Positions 53,601 through 64,000 of a DNA stretch of 64,000 nucleotides are shown here, one piece after another. The position numbers were made by a program, and so were the translations under genes. Location of the stretch: the NCBI RefSeq assembly GCF_964194025.1, contig NC_134479.1, positions 12,896,001-12,960,000 on the forward strand, given 5' to 3'. Origin of the DNA: Convolutriloba macropyga (taxonomy: Eukaryota). Positions within the stretch are counted from its first letter, which is position 1; every line of letters begins with the position of its first letter. The notes below the pieces were generated by a model. That model ran no database searches. It saw only the letters and a list, made by a program, of their open reading frames with translations, and was not told where the DNA came from.

Positions 53601-54994
53601 TTGGAAAAAATACTCCTTTGATTAAATTCAACTCGAACCATTCATACACTATCAAAGTTTGTGAGTGCTTATGCGCTGCTTTTGTCGGCATTGGTATATT
53701 CGGTGTACAACAAATTTGGCATGTGTTGGCATTTGTCTTCGAGTAGACGGCTGCCTGAATAGTTTCTTGTAAAATTTATTTCGTTCAGATAAAATTTATC
53801 AGCAAACCTGGACTGTTAATACCTCTAGCATTCATAAGACCTTTTTAATTTAGAGAATCGAACGACATAGAGACAAAGAGGTGAAAGCTAGCAGAGCAAA
53901 GGGAATCAAGTCAACCATCGGAAAAGGACAAGCGACTAACAGTTGATCATTTGATGACCTTGCTTCTGATAACAAAACTACAAAAAATGCGTTGTAGTTT
54001 GGAATCCACATCAGTCAATATTGACTGTTTCTTTCTCACGTGGTTTTGCGTAACTGCTCTTTAGTATGGTGGTGGAGATGTTCATTGGCAGCTGCAAACT
54101 TTTAGCAATTACGATCCAAAAGGTCTCTTCTCAAAATTGTATCCAGGTTAAAATAAAACTCAAAGCATTAAACAATCTCAGAAATTTCTCCAAAGAAATT
54201 GTAGAAACAAAGAATTTTTAGCCCACAAACTGAGCTAGATTACTGCCGAATGTCAGCTCCTCTTCACAAAGATTACAAAAGAATTTCTCTAAATAAATCT
54301 AATTAACCAATAATAATGTTCATTTGCAGCAAGTCCCTCTATTGGTTTCAACATTACCAATATCAAACTGACTGGCCTCAGTGAAAGCCACAAAGAAAAA
54401 CTGACTCTGAGCTCCGTACAAAATTTCTCTAGCTTGGGATAATTGTTCCTCAGACGGAAAGACTGAGAATATCATATTTAATTGTTTCTTCTTCAAGTCA
54501 ACTGTTTAGTTTTAACTATAAAATCACTAAGTTGAATTAAAGAAACAAAGCACCGTGAAAATCATTTTACGCTCAAGAATGATGTCAACTTTAATAAGTC
54601 GAGAATAAAAATTAAAATGACCAAATTTGCAAATTTATCTTTTTTCTGGCAATTTTTTGCCTGTAGGCCCACTTAAACCAAAATAGACAGAAAAATATCA
54701 TGCCAAGGCCCTTCTCTACATGGATATTCTCCAGTTCTAGAATTTTTCCGCTTTGGTAGACGAAAACAGATCTGATCCAACTTCCTAACTTTGTCGTAAT
54801 AAATCAAATCTACCGGATGTTCGTTGATTCTATGCTAAGCCTCCTCTAGAACATAGTCTAGAGACAACAGATCTCAACAAGTGTTCTTAATTTCATAAAC
54901 TTCCGCCTCAATTAAGTTCCAAAAAGGAATCCATCTAAAAATTTTCAACAGGAAACTCATACGAAGAGATCTAGATAAAAATCCTTGCGCTTGT

Positions 54995-57839
54995 CTTGCA
55001 GACACTATTTCAGTCAACACCAATCTCAAATCTCGATGACAACGTTTTTTTGACAACGATTCCGACAGGGAGCCATCGCCATCCAGGGAGACATCGAAGC
55101 GATGTTTATGCAAATCGGAGTACGACAACAGGACCGACGTTATCTACGATTCATGTGGAGACAACCCAACAGCTCAGAATTAGAGGTGTACGAATACCAA
55201 CGACACATCTTTGGAGCCAGAGACTCACCAGCTTGCGCAAATTTTGTTTTGCAACAGACAGCCAAAGACGACATCGAAGATCACCCAAATTCTCTAGAGA
55301 TCATTCAGCGGACATTCTACATGGATGACATGGTTGCATCTTTCAGCGACGCCATCACAGCTTTCACTACAGCCAAGGATGTCAAGGATACTCTGAAGAA
55401 TGCTAAATTCAATCTGACAAAATGGTGCAGCAACAGCCGTGAGTTTTGTGAGCAGATGCAAGATGATCTCTGCAAACCAGTGGAGGAGCTCTTCAGTAAA
55501 GGTTTTCATCAAAGAGTACTTGGAGTTTACTGGAGCTTAGACGAAGACAAAATCATGTTCAAAGCGAAAGACAGAAGGAACCTGAACAGGAAAACTTGGA
55601 CCCAACGCAAGTTTCTCTCTTTCGTGTCAAGTTTCTATGATCCTTTGGGAATCATATCGCCATTCCTCATACGAGCCAAGATTCTACTGCAAGAGTTGTG
55701 GAAACATGGACGCGAATGGGACAAAGCTATCAGTGGAGACAATGGAAAGGCCATCAAAGACTGGGTACAGGAAACGGAACAGATATGTACAGTAGGGGTA
55801 AACAGGTTGGTAGGTGGTACAGCACTTGGGGACACAATGGAACTTCATGTATTCTGCGACGCATCATTGGAAGCAACCGCAGCAGTAGCATACATCAAGA
55901 CAACCAGGAACCAAGAAACCACAACTCGTTTTCTCATGGGAAAACAAGAGTGGCACCCTTACGTCAAACAACAATTCCCAGACTAGAACTGCAAGCAGCA
56001 CTTTACGCGGCAAGATTGAAGAAAACAATTGAGGATGAAATGGATTTCAAGTTTGACAAAATCTTTCTGTGGAGTGACAGCACGACTGTTCTCAGTTGGA
56101 TAAAGAACTTCAAATTGAAACACAAGATGTACATCGGAAACCGAATTGCCGAAATAAGGGATCTCACAAACACCAATCAGTGGAACTACGTCAACACCAA
56201 GGACAACCCAGCAGATCAAGGAACGAGGGGACTAACAGCAACAGAAATGACAGAAAAATCTCTTTGGTTACAGGGACCACAGTTTCTTCTATGTTCTAGC
56301 GACAACTCTACAACAGACTAACAACAACACGAAACTGTTTTCTTGAACAGCGCAGAACAGAGGCCTCAGGGAACAGGACGACAGCCAATTGACAAAGACC
56401 TAATTGATGCCAACAGGTTTAGCCAGTGGTTGAAACTAAGAGCCGTCATCATCAAAATGAAAAACCTCAGAAACAAAACGAGAACACGGGACCAGCAGAT
56501 CATAGATGCAGAGAACTTTCTTTTCCGTCTATCTCAACAACAATCATTCGACGAGGACATAAATCAACTAACACACAACAAGCCAATTCAAAAACGGAGT
56601 AGATTGATTCAGTTGACACCTTCAATAGACGAAGATGGTATCATTCGTTCAAATAGCAGACTAGCCAACGCACCAGTTTCAACAGCAACAAAGAAGCCAA
56701 TAATCTTAGACGGTAGAAACAGGATTATTCGTCTTTTTCTGGAACTGCAACACAACATCAATAGTCATGTTGGAGTTGAACAGCAAACACACACCATTCA
56801 GTTGAACTTTTGGGTTCTTCAATGCAAAACAGTAATGAAGAAGATCTCGAACAGATGCTACGAATGCACACGACAGAGACAACTCAACAGCCAGCCTCAG
56901 ATGTCAGATCTTCCGATCTACCGATTCTCAGTCAAACCTGTAGCCTTCAAGGAAGCCGGAGTAGACTTTTTTGGGCCATTTGAAATCTACAGCCAGATCA
57001 ACTTAGCCATGAAAGTATACTGTTGCTTATTCACCTGTCTGACGATACGAGCCGTTCATATCGAAGTCACCAGGAACTTGCAAAAAGAATCATGCATAAT
57101 GGCATTCCAACGATTCTTCAGCCGACGAGGACTACCGGAAAGAATTCACAGCGACAACGCTTTATATTTCACCAGTACAGCAAAGACCTTCGAAGAAAGC
57201 AGCTTCACAACTACAGAGATACAGAAATATGCGGAATCAAAAAAGATTGCATGGAAATTTATTCCACCAGGAGCTCCACATTTTGGTGGAACATAGGAAC
57301 GCCTCATTGGGATGAGCAAACGACTCTTCTTCAATATCGCCGGATCTAGGAAACTCCAGGAAGACAGTTTCTCAACCCTTATTTGCCAAGTCGAAGCTCT
57401 ACTCAACAGCAGACCTCTAACATCAGTCAGCAGTGACGTACGCGATGTGGAAAGCCTGACACCAGGACATTTTTTGACAGGAATGACAACAGGGCTGCCT
57501 TCAGATACTACAATTAGCAGCAACGACAGAGGAACAGGAAAACTATGGAAGAACGTCAACAGTATTATGAACGAGTTTTGGACACGTCTTTTAAAGGAAT
57601 ATCTGCCCACACTCAGACAACGTCGAAAATGGCATTCAACAGTAGACGGGATAGAAGTAGGGGACATGGTATGGATACTAGAAAACAACACACCCAGGGG
57701 TATTTGGCCGGTAGGTAGGGTACAGAAGGTAAATAAAGGTAAGGATAATGTGGTAAGGTCTTGCCTGGTTAAAACATCAAAAGGGGATTTTGTTAAACCA
57801 GCTATAAAACTTAGCTTGATCAGCGACAAATCAACATAA
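54995..57839 (+). mobile_element. Young, 5'-truncated BEL/Pao pol (RT, RNase H, integrase, DUF5641) with one frameshift (~55960) and two stops (56319, 57294)
   Basis: DIEAMFMQI, HIFGARDSP, FYMDD, YDPLG, HVFCDAS, TIPRLELQAA, WSDST, DNPAD, H..H..CYEC, GVDFFGP, HSDNA, PGAPHFGG, LNSRPL, LTPGHFL, EYLPTL. Confidence 0.97.
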
Positions 57840-59009
57840 AGGTTATCAAAAGCAAATGGAGAACAATAATTTAAGCACAATCTGAAGCAAACTTGATATC
57901 AGTTTTGGGATTAGACTAAAGTGAAAGATGAAAAATTTAAAGTTCAATTCAATGAATTAGCAATTCAAAGGGACTATTAGGTATTATTCAGGTACAATTA
58001 GGGATTTCAATAAGTAACTCACAAGGCAACTCAAATTAGCAAAGCTTATCGTACATTAGATAAATACATTCAAACGGGAAAATTTAGGTAGGTAGGTTTA
58101 ACAGGAAGACAAAATCTGGATAGACATTAGGTAGGTTTTGGAATTCAAATGCACAATTAATTAGCTTATTGCAAAACAGCAGAGAGTTGAACAGACAGGA
58201 TAAAAGTATGTTGAATAGTTATATGACACTAAACAGCTTAGGTAAAACCAGACATAGGTAAAACCAGACTTAGGTAAAAAATTATTACAAAACATTTGGT
58301 ATTCCGACAAACTCTAATTTGGGAAAAACAGGTAAACGTAGGCAATAGGTACAAGGTAGTGGTAGGTTTAGGTAGGTAGGGAACACGGGGAGCATCAGTT
58401 TTTCAACTCTCAAGGAGCAGACCAGCAACAACAACATTTCCGGAAATTGTTCAGTATTTGACAATCGCCAATCAGCCAATACAAAAGTTGATTCAAAACA
58501 ACTACAAATGTACACAGTTAAACGCAATCAGCACAAAAAGCAATTCAACTTTCCAGCATACCACTTTCATATAACACTACAAGCAGCACGTTGACAACCA
58601 GTACACAGCAACAATCTACAGACAACACCGACGGAAGACATCAGCAGAAATTTCACAACAACAAACACTTCAGCAAGAATTACTTCAGAAGAAGCAACAG
58701 CATTTTTTGAACAGCAGTCAACACATTCATCAACAGCAGACATTATCAAAGTCAGGACAGACAAACTTGTGGATATGGACGAGTCCATAACTTCAAGATC
58801 AGCGTTTTATTGAGGACACAACTCAATACAACATTTCAGCATAATCATCAGCAGATGAAGTAAGAAATACAGTTCAGCTACGCAAAAGACACAACAGAGC
58901 AAAAGAGAACACGATGAGACGACAAAGAGCAACTTCAAACAGACTTCAACAACAACAACAGATCGACCACAAACTTTCTGATTTTTGGTACCCAAAAATG
59001 GGGGCCCAG

Positions 59010-59730
59010 TGTACCAGGAGATGCACGTGCTAAAAAACTGTAACTTTGAACACCAAGTCATAATGTTGATTATATAGATGTAATTCAATGGTTAGGAAAT
59101 GGATGACTTTTTCACGGTAGCAAAAGAAGATTTGTGAAGCAAATCTCACGAAAGTTTTAACTGTTGACAAGGAACAACAGTGGGCAAAGGGTAGCCCAGG
59201 CATATCGTGCCAAAGTAACTATAACTCAAGGGTCTTTTTTGAAACACCACCAACACTGGCGTCAGTGAAGCAAGCTGATTAGTTTGCTTCTCTGACGTCC
59301 GGCCACAACACCGCCAACACTACACATTCAAAATTAACTGAAGGCGGAACACCGCACACCCCCATTACAATAAAAACCTCAAGACGAAAATTGTTTCTTC
59401 AGTGATGCTTAACTTTCCGCACTTCCAGAATGCCAATTCAGTGACAATCAATGCATCAACTTTGATAAAGAACCCCTTCCATATAAGGCCGGGCTTGATC
59501 TCAATTTCACTCAGGCCATACTTTCGTTCATGCACCCTATCACCAGCCTTACAAGAGAACGAATCGAACGAAACAGCAACACCCTTTACTGCCTCGGTAC
59601 CATATGCATCCCCAGGTAACAACAATCACCTGCACTTGAGCGTTAATTTCCTTTCGCGCGATTTTCTAATTTTCATCTACTGAATTATACCAGAATACTC
59701 CAGAGAAATCCCTGTAACTAGGATCCAGAA
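59010..59730 (+). mobile_element. Probable 3' LTR of the 54995-57839 element (right end approximate)
   Basis: AAAAATGGGGGCCCAG (PPT-like) then TGTACC at 59010. TATAA at ~59482. Abrupt return to AT-rich sequence near 59730. Confidence 0.6.
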
Positions 59731-61235
59731 AAAACTTGATATGCCTTTCAACCTCATCATTGCATCTCTTGTCCAATGTTTCTGCCTGTACAAACACTTT
59801 TACCTAAAGAAAAAGAAAAAAAATTAACTCGTACTTTTTTTTATCACGCATTGCTTAAAATAAAATATTGTCTCTAAAAAGAAGAAAAACTCCTATCCAA
59901 TTTTTTACTAGTACCTCTTTAAAAAAAATTTAATATTTACTTAACTAGATACATAATTTCCGGGTAAGTCTATCAAATAGAAGAATGACGCCACTTAAAA
60001 AAACTTTCTCATTGGGAACGCTTACCAAAGAACCAAACAACTACAATTTTACTAGCCTTATTCCGCGCAAACCTTACTTTTACCTTCACTACATCGAGAA
60101 CTAGTGTGATTCCTCTTTGTACTGTAGATACATTTGACTCTATTTTCATAATATAATGCATAGTTAAGTACAAAAACTTTTTTGTTTTAAAGACTTTTTT
60201 ACTCTCTTGATAAATTTGATAAACTTTTCAATGTTTCTTTTTGACACACAATTTTTCTATCTCTCTTTCTCTCTATTTCAATAACCTACATGTAGCCTCG
60301 TCTTTTTTTATAGAAACCACTTTTTGTTTTAAATTCCTGGCAAGGAAATAGTAAAACTCTCAACCCAAGTGTGGAAACGTCATTTCATTTTACCAACCAT
60401 ATAGGTAAACTTACGCAGCAGATTGAAAAAAAGAAGATTTTGTATAAAATTATACCCCAGCGAAACAAACATACTGTTCAGTTCAACAGAATTTTTTTTT
60501 AAAAAAAAACCTTGCGCTAATTTTGTTATGTCGAATGTTTTGACTTCTTGAAATGTTTAAAAAGAAAAACCATAAAAAATATTTATTGGATAGGACAAGA
60601 CTTAGTAGTCAGAATTTTAAACGTTCTTTAATGAAAAAGCATCACTGAATATGCACAACTTCCTAATGCCCTGTTCACGTTGATGTTCTATCCATTGCAT
60701 TGTTAAAACGCGCATGAGTAAAATTTAAAATGAGAGTTCTCTCAAGTGCCATATTTGACAATACTAGGTTTTCCTATGTAGTAGAAAGCCCATCTCTCAC
60801 GAAAGGCCATCTCTCGCATATCTCCCATCTGAGTTGCAGCAGGTTAAACATAATGGTTTGAAAAATCTATATTAACTGGATCTAAAGTTTTTATTCAAAT
60901 CCTTTCGCAAATAAACTCGTTGAGTCTCTAAAATACAAAACTAGTTAAAAAATGCCGAATCTTCTTTCATTGGAAATTTAAAACTAGAATAAAGTGTACT
61001 TCTTTTTTTAGGTAAATTCTATAATTACCATCTCCTTTTATCTTTGCTACTGTCAAAATATCTGCATTAAAATGCAGTAAAGTTTTTTTCTGTGCATCTC
61101 TTTCACATAAGTATAACACAAACTATAAGACGTAGATGAAGGAAAATTTTACAAAAAAAATTCTGTGCCGGTAATGTTGGTCGTACCGGTGGCCAAAAAT
61201 ACTGATATATACGCACTTGTACGTATGCTATATTC

Positions 61236-61972
61236 TCCTGGAACGAGTTCCAAGTCTTGATTGGTACTTCTCCAGTGTAAAACAAGTCTTGCCTTGACAA
61301 ATCATTACTGATTACGTCTTATTTCAAGTCTTAGGACTCGCTCAGGACTTCATTTCAAGTCTTGGCAGGTATTGAGTCAAGTCTTGGCCACAACTTGACG
61401 AGTTTAATTATTGCGCAATATATCAGCAAAATAGGGTTCTGGGAGATATTTCTGACGAGAAATTTGTTAATCTGGCCCAACTAATTGTGATACGGGCATA
61501 TACCAACTTATAATGTACCATATATTCACTCCAACACCATTTTTTATTCAATGGTCAGAAAGGAGTGGCCATGACTAGTACCTTTGGGCGATATCTAATT
61601 TTTTGAGTTCTCTATCAATTTAATTTTATAGAAGTGCACGCGTTTTGTTTTTGAGTGATTCTTTTTTCAATTGAGAGGGTTTTGTAGGCAAGCCACTGTA
61701 AGTGGCGGCCTTTTCCTTTGGTTAAGAAACGATAGAAACCAACAGAAAAATTATGGCCAAGACTTGTTCAAGACCTGTCATTTCTTGGCCAAGACTTGCG
61801 CAAGACTTGTCAATTTTTGGACAAGACTAGCGCAAGACTTGCCAAGACTTAAGACTTGACGTGACTTGCCAATTGTAAAAAATGACATGATCAGAGCTCT
61901 GATTAAGTGTTGATCCAAGGCTTGCAATTTAACTGGATCAGTACTGATTAGGACTTGACGTTCAGTCAGGGA
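61236..61972. mobile_element. Foldback MITE with caagtcttg (left) and caagacttg (right) arrays
   Basis: Orientation-segregated motif arrays. The right end ...agtcaggga|ta matches the left end only degenerately. Confidence 0.7.
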
Positions 61973-62661
61973 TAACTACACCATAGGATTCTTCAAGTAC
62001 TTATATCCTTGACTGAACCTACTGAACCTGCTCTGCTTCTCCTCTTAAAGAAGGCACTTTTGTTTCTGAATCAATTAGTTAACAAAAATTTCGAAGTAAA
62101 TTTGAGAAATCGAAACGCTTTTCGTTTGAATGTACTAAAAAAACGTGCAATAGAAGATCATTGCTCTCAATTTTCTGAAGAACTAAAAATAGTGTTGAAT
62201 GATTTCTCTAGTAATTTTGCAGGGCAGGATATCCTGGGCAGATACGAGACCCCGGCTGGCAGATGTTTTCATATCTCGCTTTGATGTAAATTGCTTTTTG
62301 CAGACCCGCTATCCAAATAAAAGCAAATATCTGCAAAAAATTGGTTTCCTTATCTGCCTCAACTATCTACTGAATTTTGAAGGCTGGCAATACAATTAAA
62401 CGAGAAAAAAAGACTGGTTTATAAAATTGAAAAATATAATACTCAGCCAGCGTAACACAACCATTGTGCATTGTAACCTTATGACCAGCTACACAAATTC
62501 CAGCGGTTTTCAGCGCCTTTTCGACATAAATTTTTAAGAGTAAAAACCTTGAACCCGGAAATTGTTATATCCATTTAACTTTACTTTCGAGAAACTTACG
62601 CTCGGTACACAAGAGCTAATTAAAGCCAAAATTAATTTTATGTTATCATTTTTTACCAAAA

Positions 62662-62861
62662 ATGGTGCCCATGAATATTTTATCTTCAGTGTTTCATTAC
62701 TGTATCTTCTTTGTTATTACTGTACACGGAGCTCCAGAAGACATCCAAATTGAAAAAGAGCTAATTGAAATTGTGAAAGCAAATATTCCTCGTTACAAGG
62801 CACCGATGGATATACAAAACAAAACAGGGATCAAATTATTTGTTTATTCAATTAAAATACC
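62662..62861 (+). CDS. Probable first coding exon of another Cys-loop receptor subunit (signal peptide, N-terminal helix, beta1)
   Basis: Signal-peptide-like ...CIFFVITVHG|AP. Then EKELIEIVKANIPRYKAP, with the E..L...P spacing of nAChR ETRLVAKLFKDYSSVVRP. NKT sequon and beta-like IKLFVYSIKI. Possible donor GTAAAC at 62862. No downstream exon was found in the window. Confidence 0.5.
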
Positions 62862-62931
62862 GTAAACATCGAACTTTCGTTGAAGAAAGAAAGTGCGATA
62901 AAATATTTAAATACATTCATTGTATACCGTA

Positions 62932-63203
62932 CCCTTGCAGCAGCTAAAGGCATGTTTCCGGCGGTTCTTGCAAGACGGATATCTTACAAGACTCTTGCAT
63001 TTCGGACGGTTATCTTGCAAGATCTTGCAAGAATCTTGCAAGAGTCTTGCAAGATGATGCATAGTGTTGCAAGATTCTTGCAAGATTCTTGCAAGATCTT
63101 GCAAGATGACCGTCCTCAATCGACTAGGGTTGTGGGGCTCGGATGTTAATCTGGCGAGATCTTGCAAGAATCTTGCGAGATTAACATCTGGTCTCGGCCA
63201 GGG
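62932..63203. mobile_element. Composite MITE with an array of palindromic TCTTGCAAGA units
   Basis: TA|CCCT left end, internal TCGACTAGGGT (~63120-63130) and terminal CTCGGCCAGGG. Tandem tcttgcaaga at 10-11 bp spacing. Confidence 0.75.
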
Positions 63204-63619
63204 TGGGCATATGTGAATTAGCATAATTAGAAGTAACTTTAGTTGGATTAGTAAGCTCGGGAATTTAAAATGTCAAAACAAAGTATTTTAATTGGTATTC
63301 CGTTTATTTTGTTTGCCGCTTTTGAGAAATTAAATTTGCCATATTAGCTGTCATCGGTTTGGGCTGCGCGAAATCATGTAGATCAATGCAACTTAATCGG
63401 TCTTAGTCTCATGATTATAGAATAGCATATAGTTATTCAACTTGACATAACTGCTCACGTGATTTCTCAAAGCTTTCGTAGTTCGAGTCCCGCCCATTTT
63501 ACAAGAGAAACCAAGTAACAACAAAAATCAAAATTTTTGAAGTGTAATTTTAAAACCAAAACACTATGCGAACAAACGAAGCTGAGCAGCTTTGCTCATT
63601 TAATCGCAGAAAATTTTAT

Positions 63620-63817
63620 TGTCCAGCCGAATTCAAGGACACGTTTTAATTTTCTAGCCAAAATCGAGGACGGTTGTTTTCGTTCCAGCCAAAGTCGAGG
63701 ACGGTTGTTTTAGTCCAGACAAATCCATTTCATACCAAATATCTGCCGAGGACGGTTTTTCCATAGTTCATATCTGTCTAGGACGTTCTTTTCATAATTC
63801 CAAGATAAGACTAGGGT
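63620..63817. repeat. Degenerate gaggacggtt repeat array ending in GACTAGGG|TA (MITE arm)
   Basis: Five aggac(g)-core motifs, two in a near-perfect 30-bp tandem. The terminus resembles the one at ~63122-63130. Confidence 0.5.
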
Positions 63818-64000
63818 ATATTACCAATTATTATGTTTAAAATAGTACGTTTTACCATAGTATATTAATATTATATATGTTCATTAATATACTAAAACAG
63901 GGAGGCTCGGTAATGTGTGTTCATAGATAATGCCCGACCCCAGTCATCTGAGTTCTTGCCTTAATGGTCTACCAAATGAGGAAGATATGAATCATTTTCA

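Noticed and set aside
57146-57880. 244-aa minus-strand ORF
   Set aside because: Antisense shadow of the BEL integrase, with no independent motifs.
62965-63190. CRISPR-like appearance of short palindromic repeats (also 15100-15900 and 61240-61900)
   Set aside because: No unique constant-length spacers and no cas genes. The arrays lie inside TIR elements in a eukaryotic context.
62880-63224. Overlapping LQDLARILQES ORFs on both strands (also 41803-42195)
   Set aside because: Translations of palindromic MITE repeats.

Overview
This is an AT-rich, repeat-dense window from an animal genome. It has spliceosomal GT-AG introns and two N gaps, and nothing prokaryotic is present. Host genes: (i) the last two exons (M1-M3, then M4) of a divergent cation-type Cys-loop/nAChR-like channel at 7999-8418 and 14228-14577, plus a probable first exon of another Cys-loop subunit at about 62662. 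(ii) A family of two-exon, single-pass membrane proteins that I do not recognise, with a long coiled coil ending in a conserved ...RIxxLGG-stop. One gene is intact (45590-45934 + 48569-48841, 205 aa). Its paralog has an intact exon 2 (36117-36389), but its exon 1 is present as four disabled copies (24.2-31.1 kb) created by a complex duplication entangled with a Ty3/Gypsy relic. The rest is BEL/Pao LTR retrotransposons of several ages, LTR fragments, microsatellites and many non-autonomous TIR elements. Several TIR elements share a TA|CCCNRGYCGA terminus but carry different internal motif arrays, and two carry a tRNA-like Pol III cassette. The headless coiled-coil/LGG family is the best candidate for an undescribed system. 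All calls were made by eye and no database search was run.
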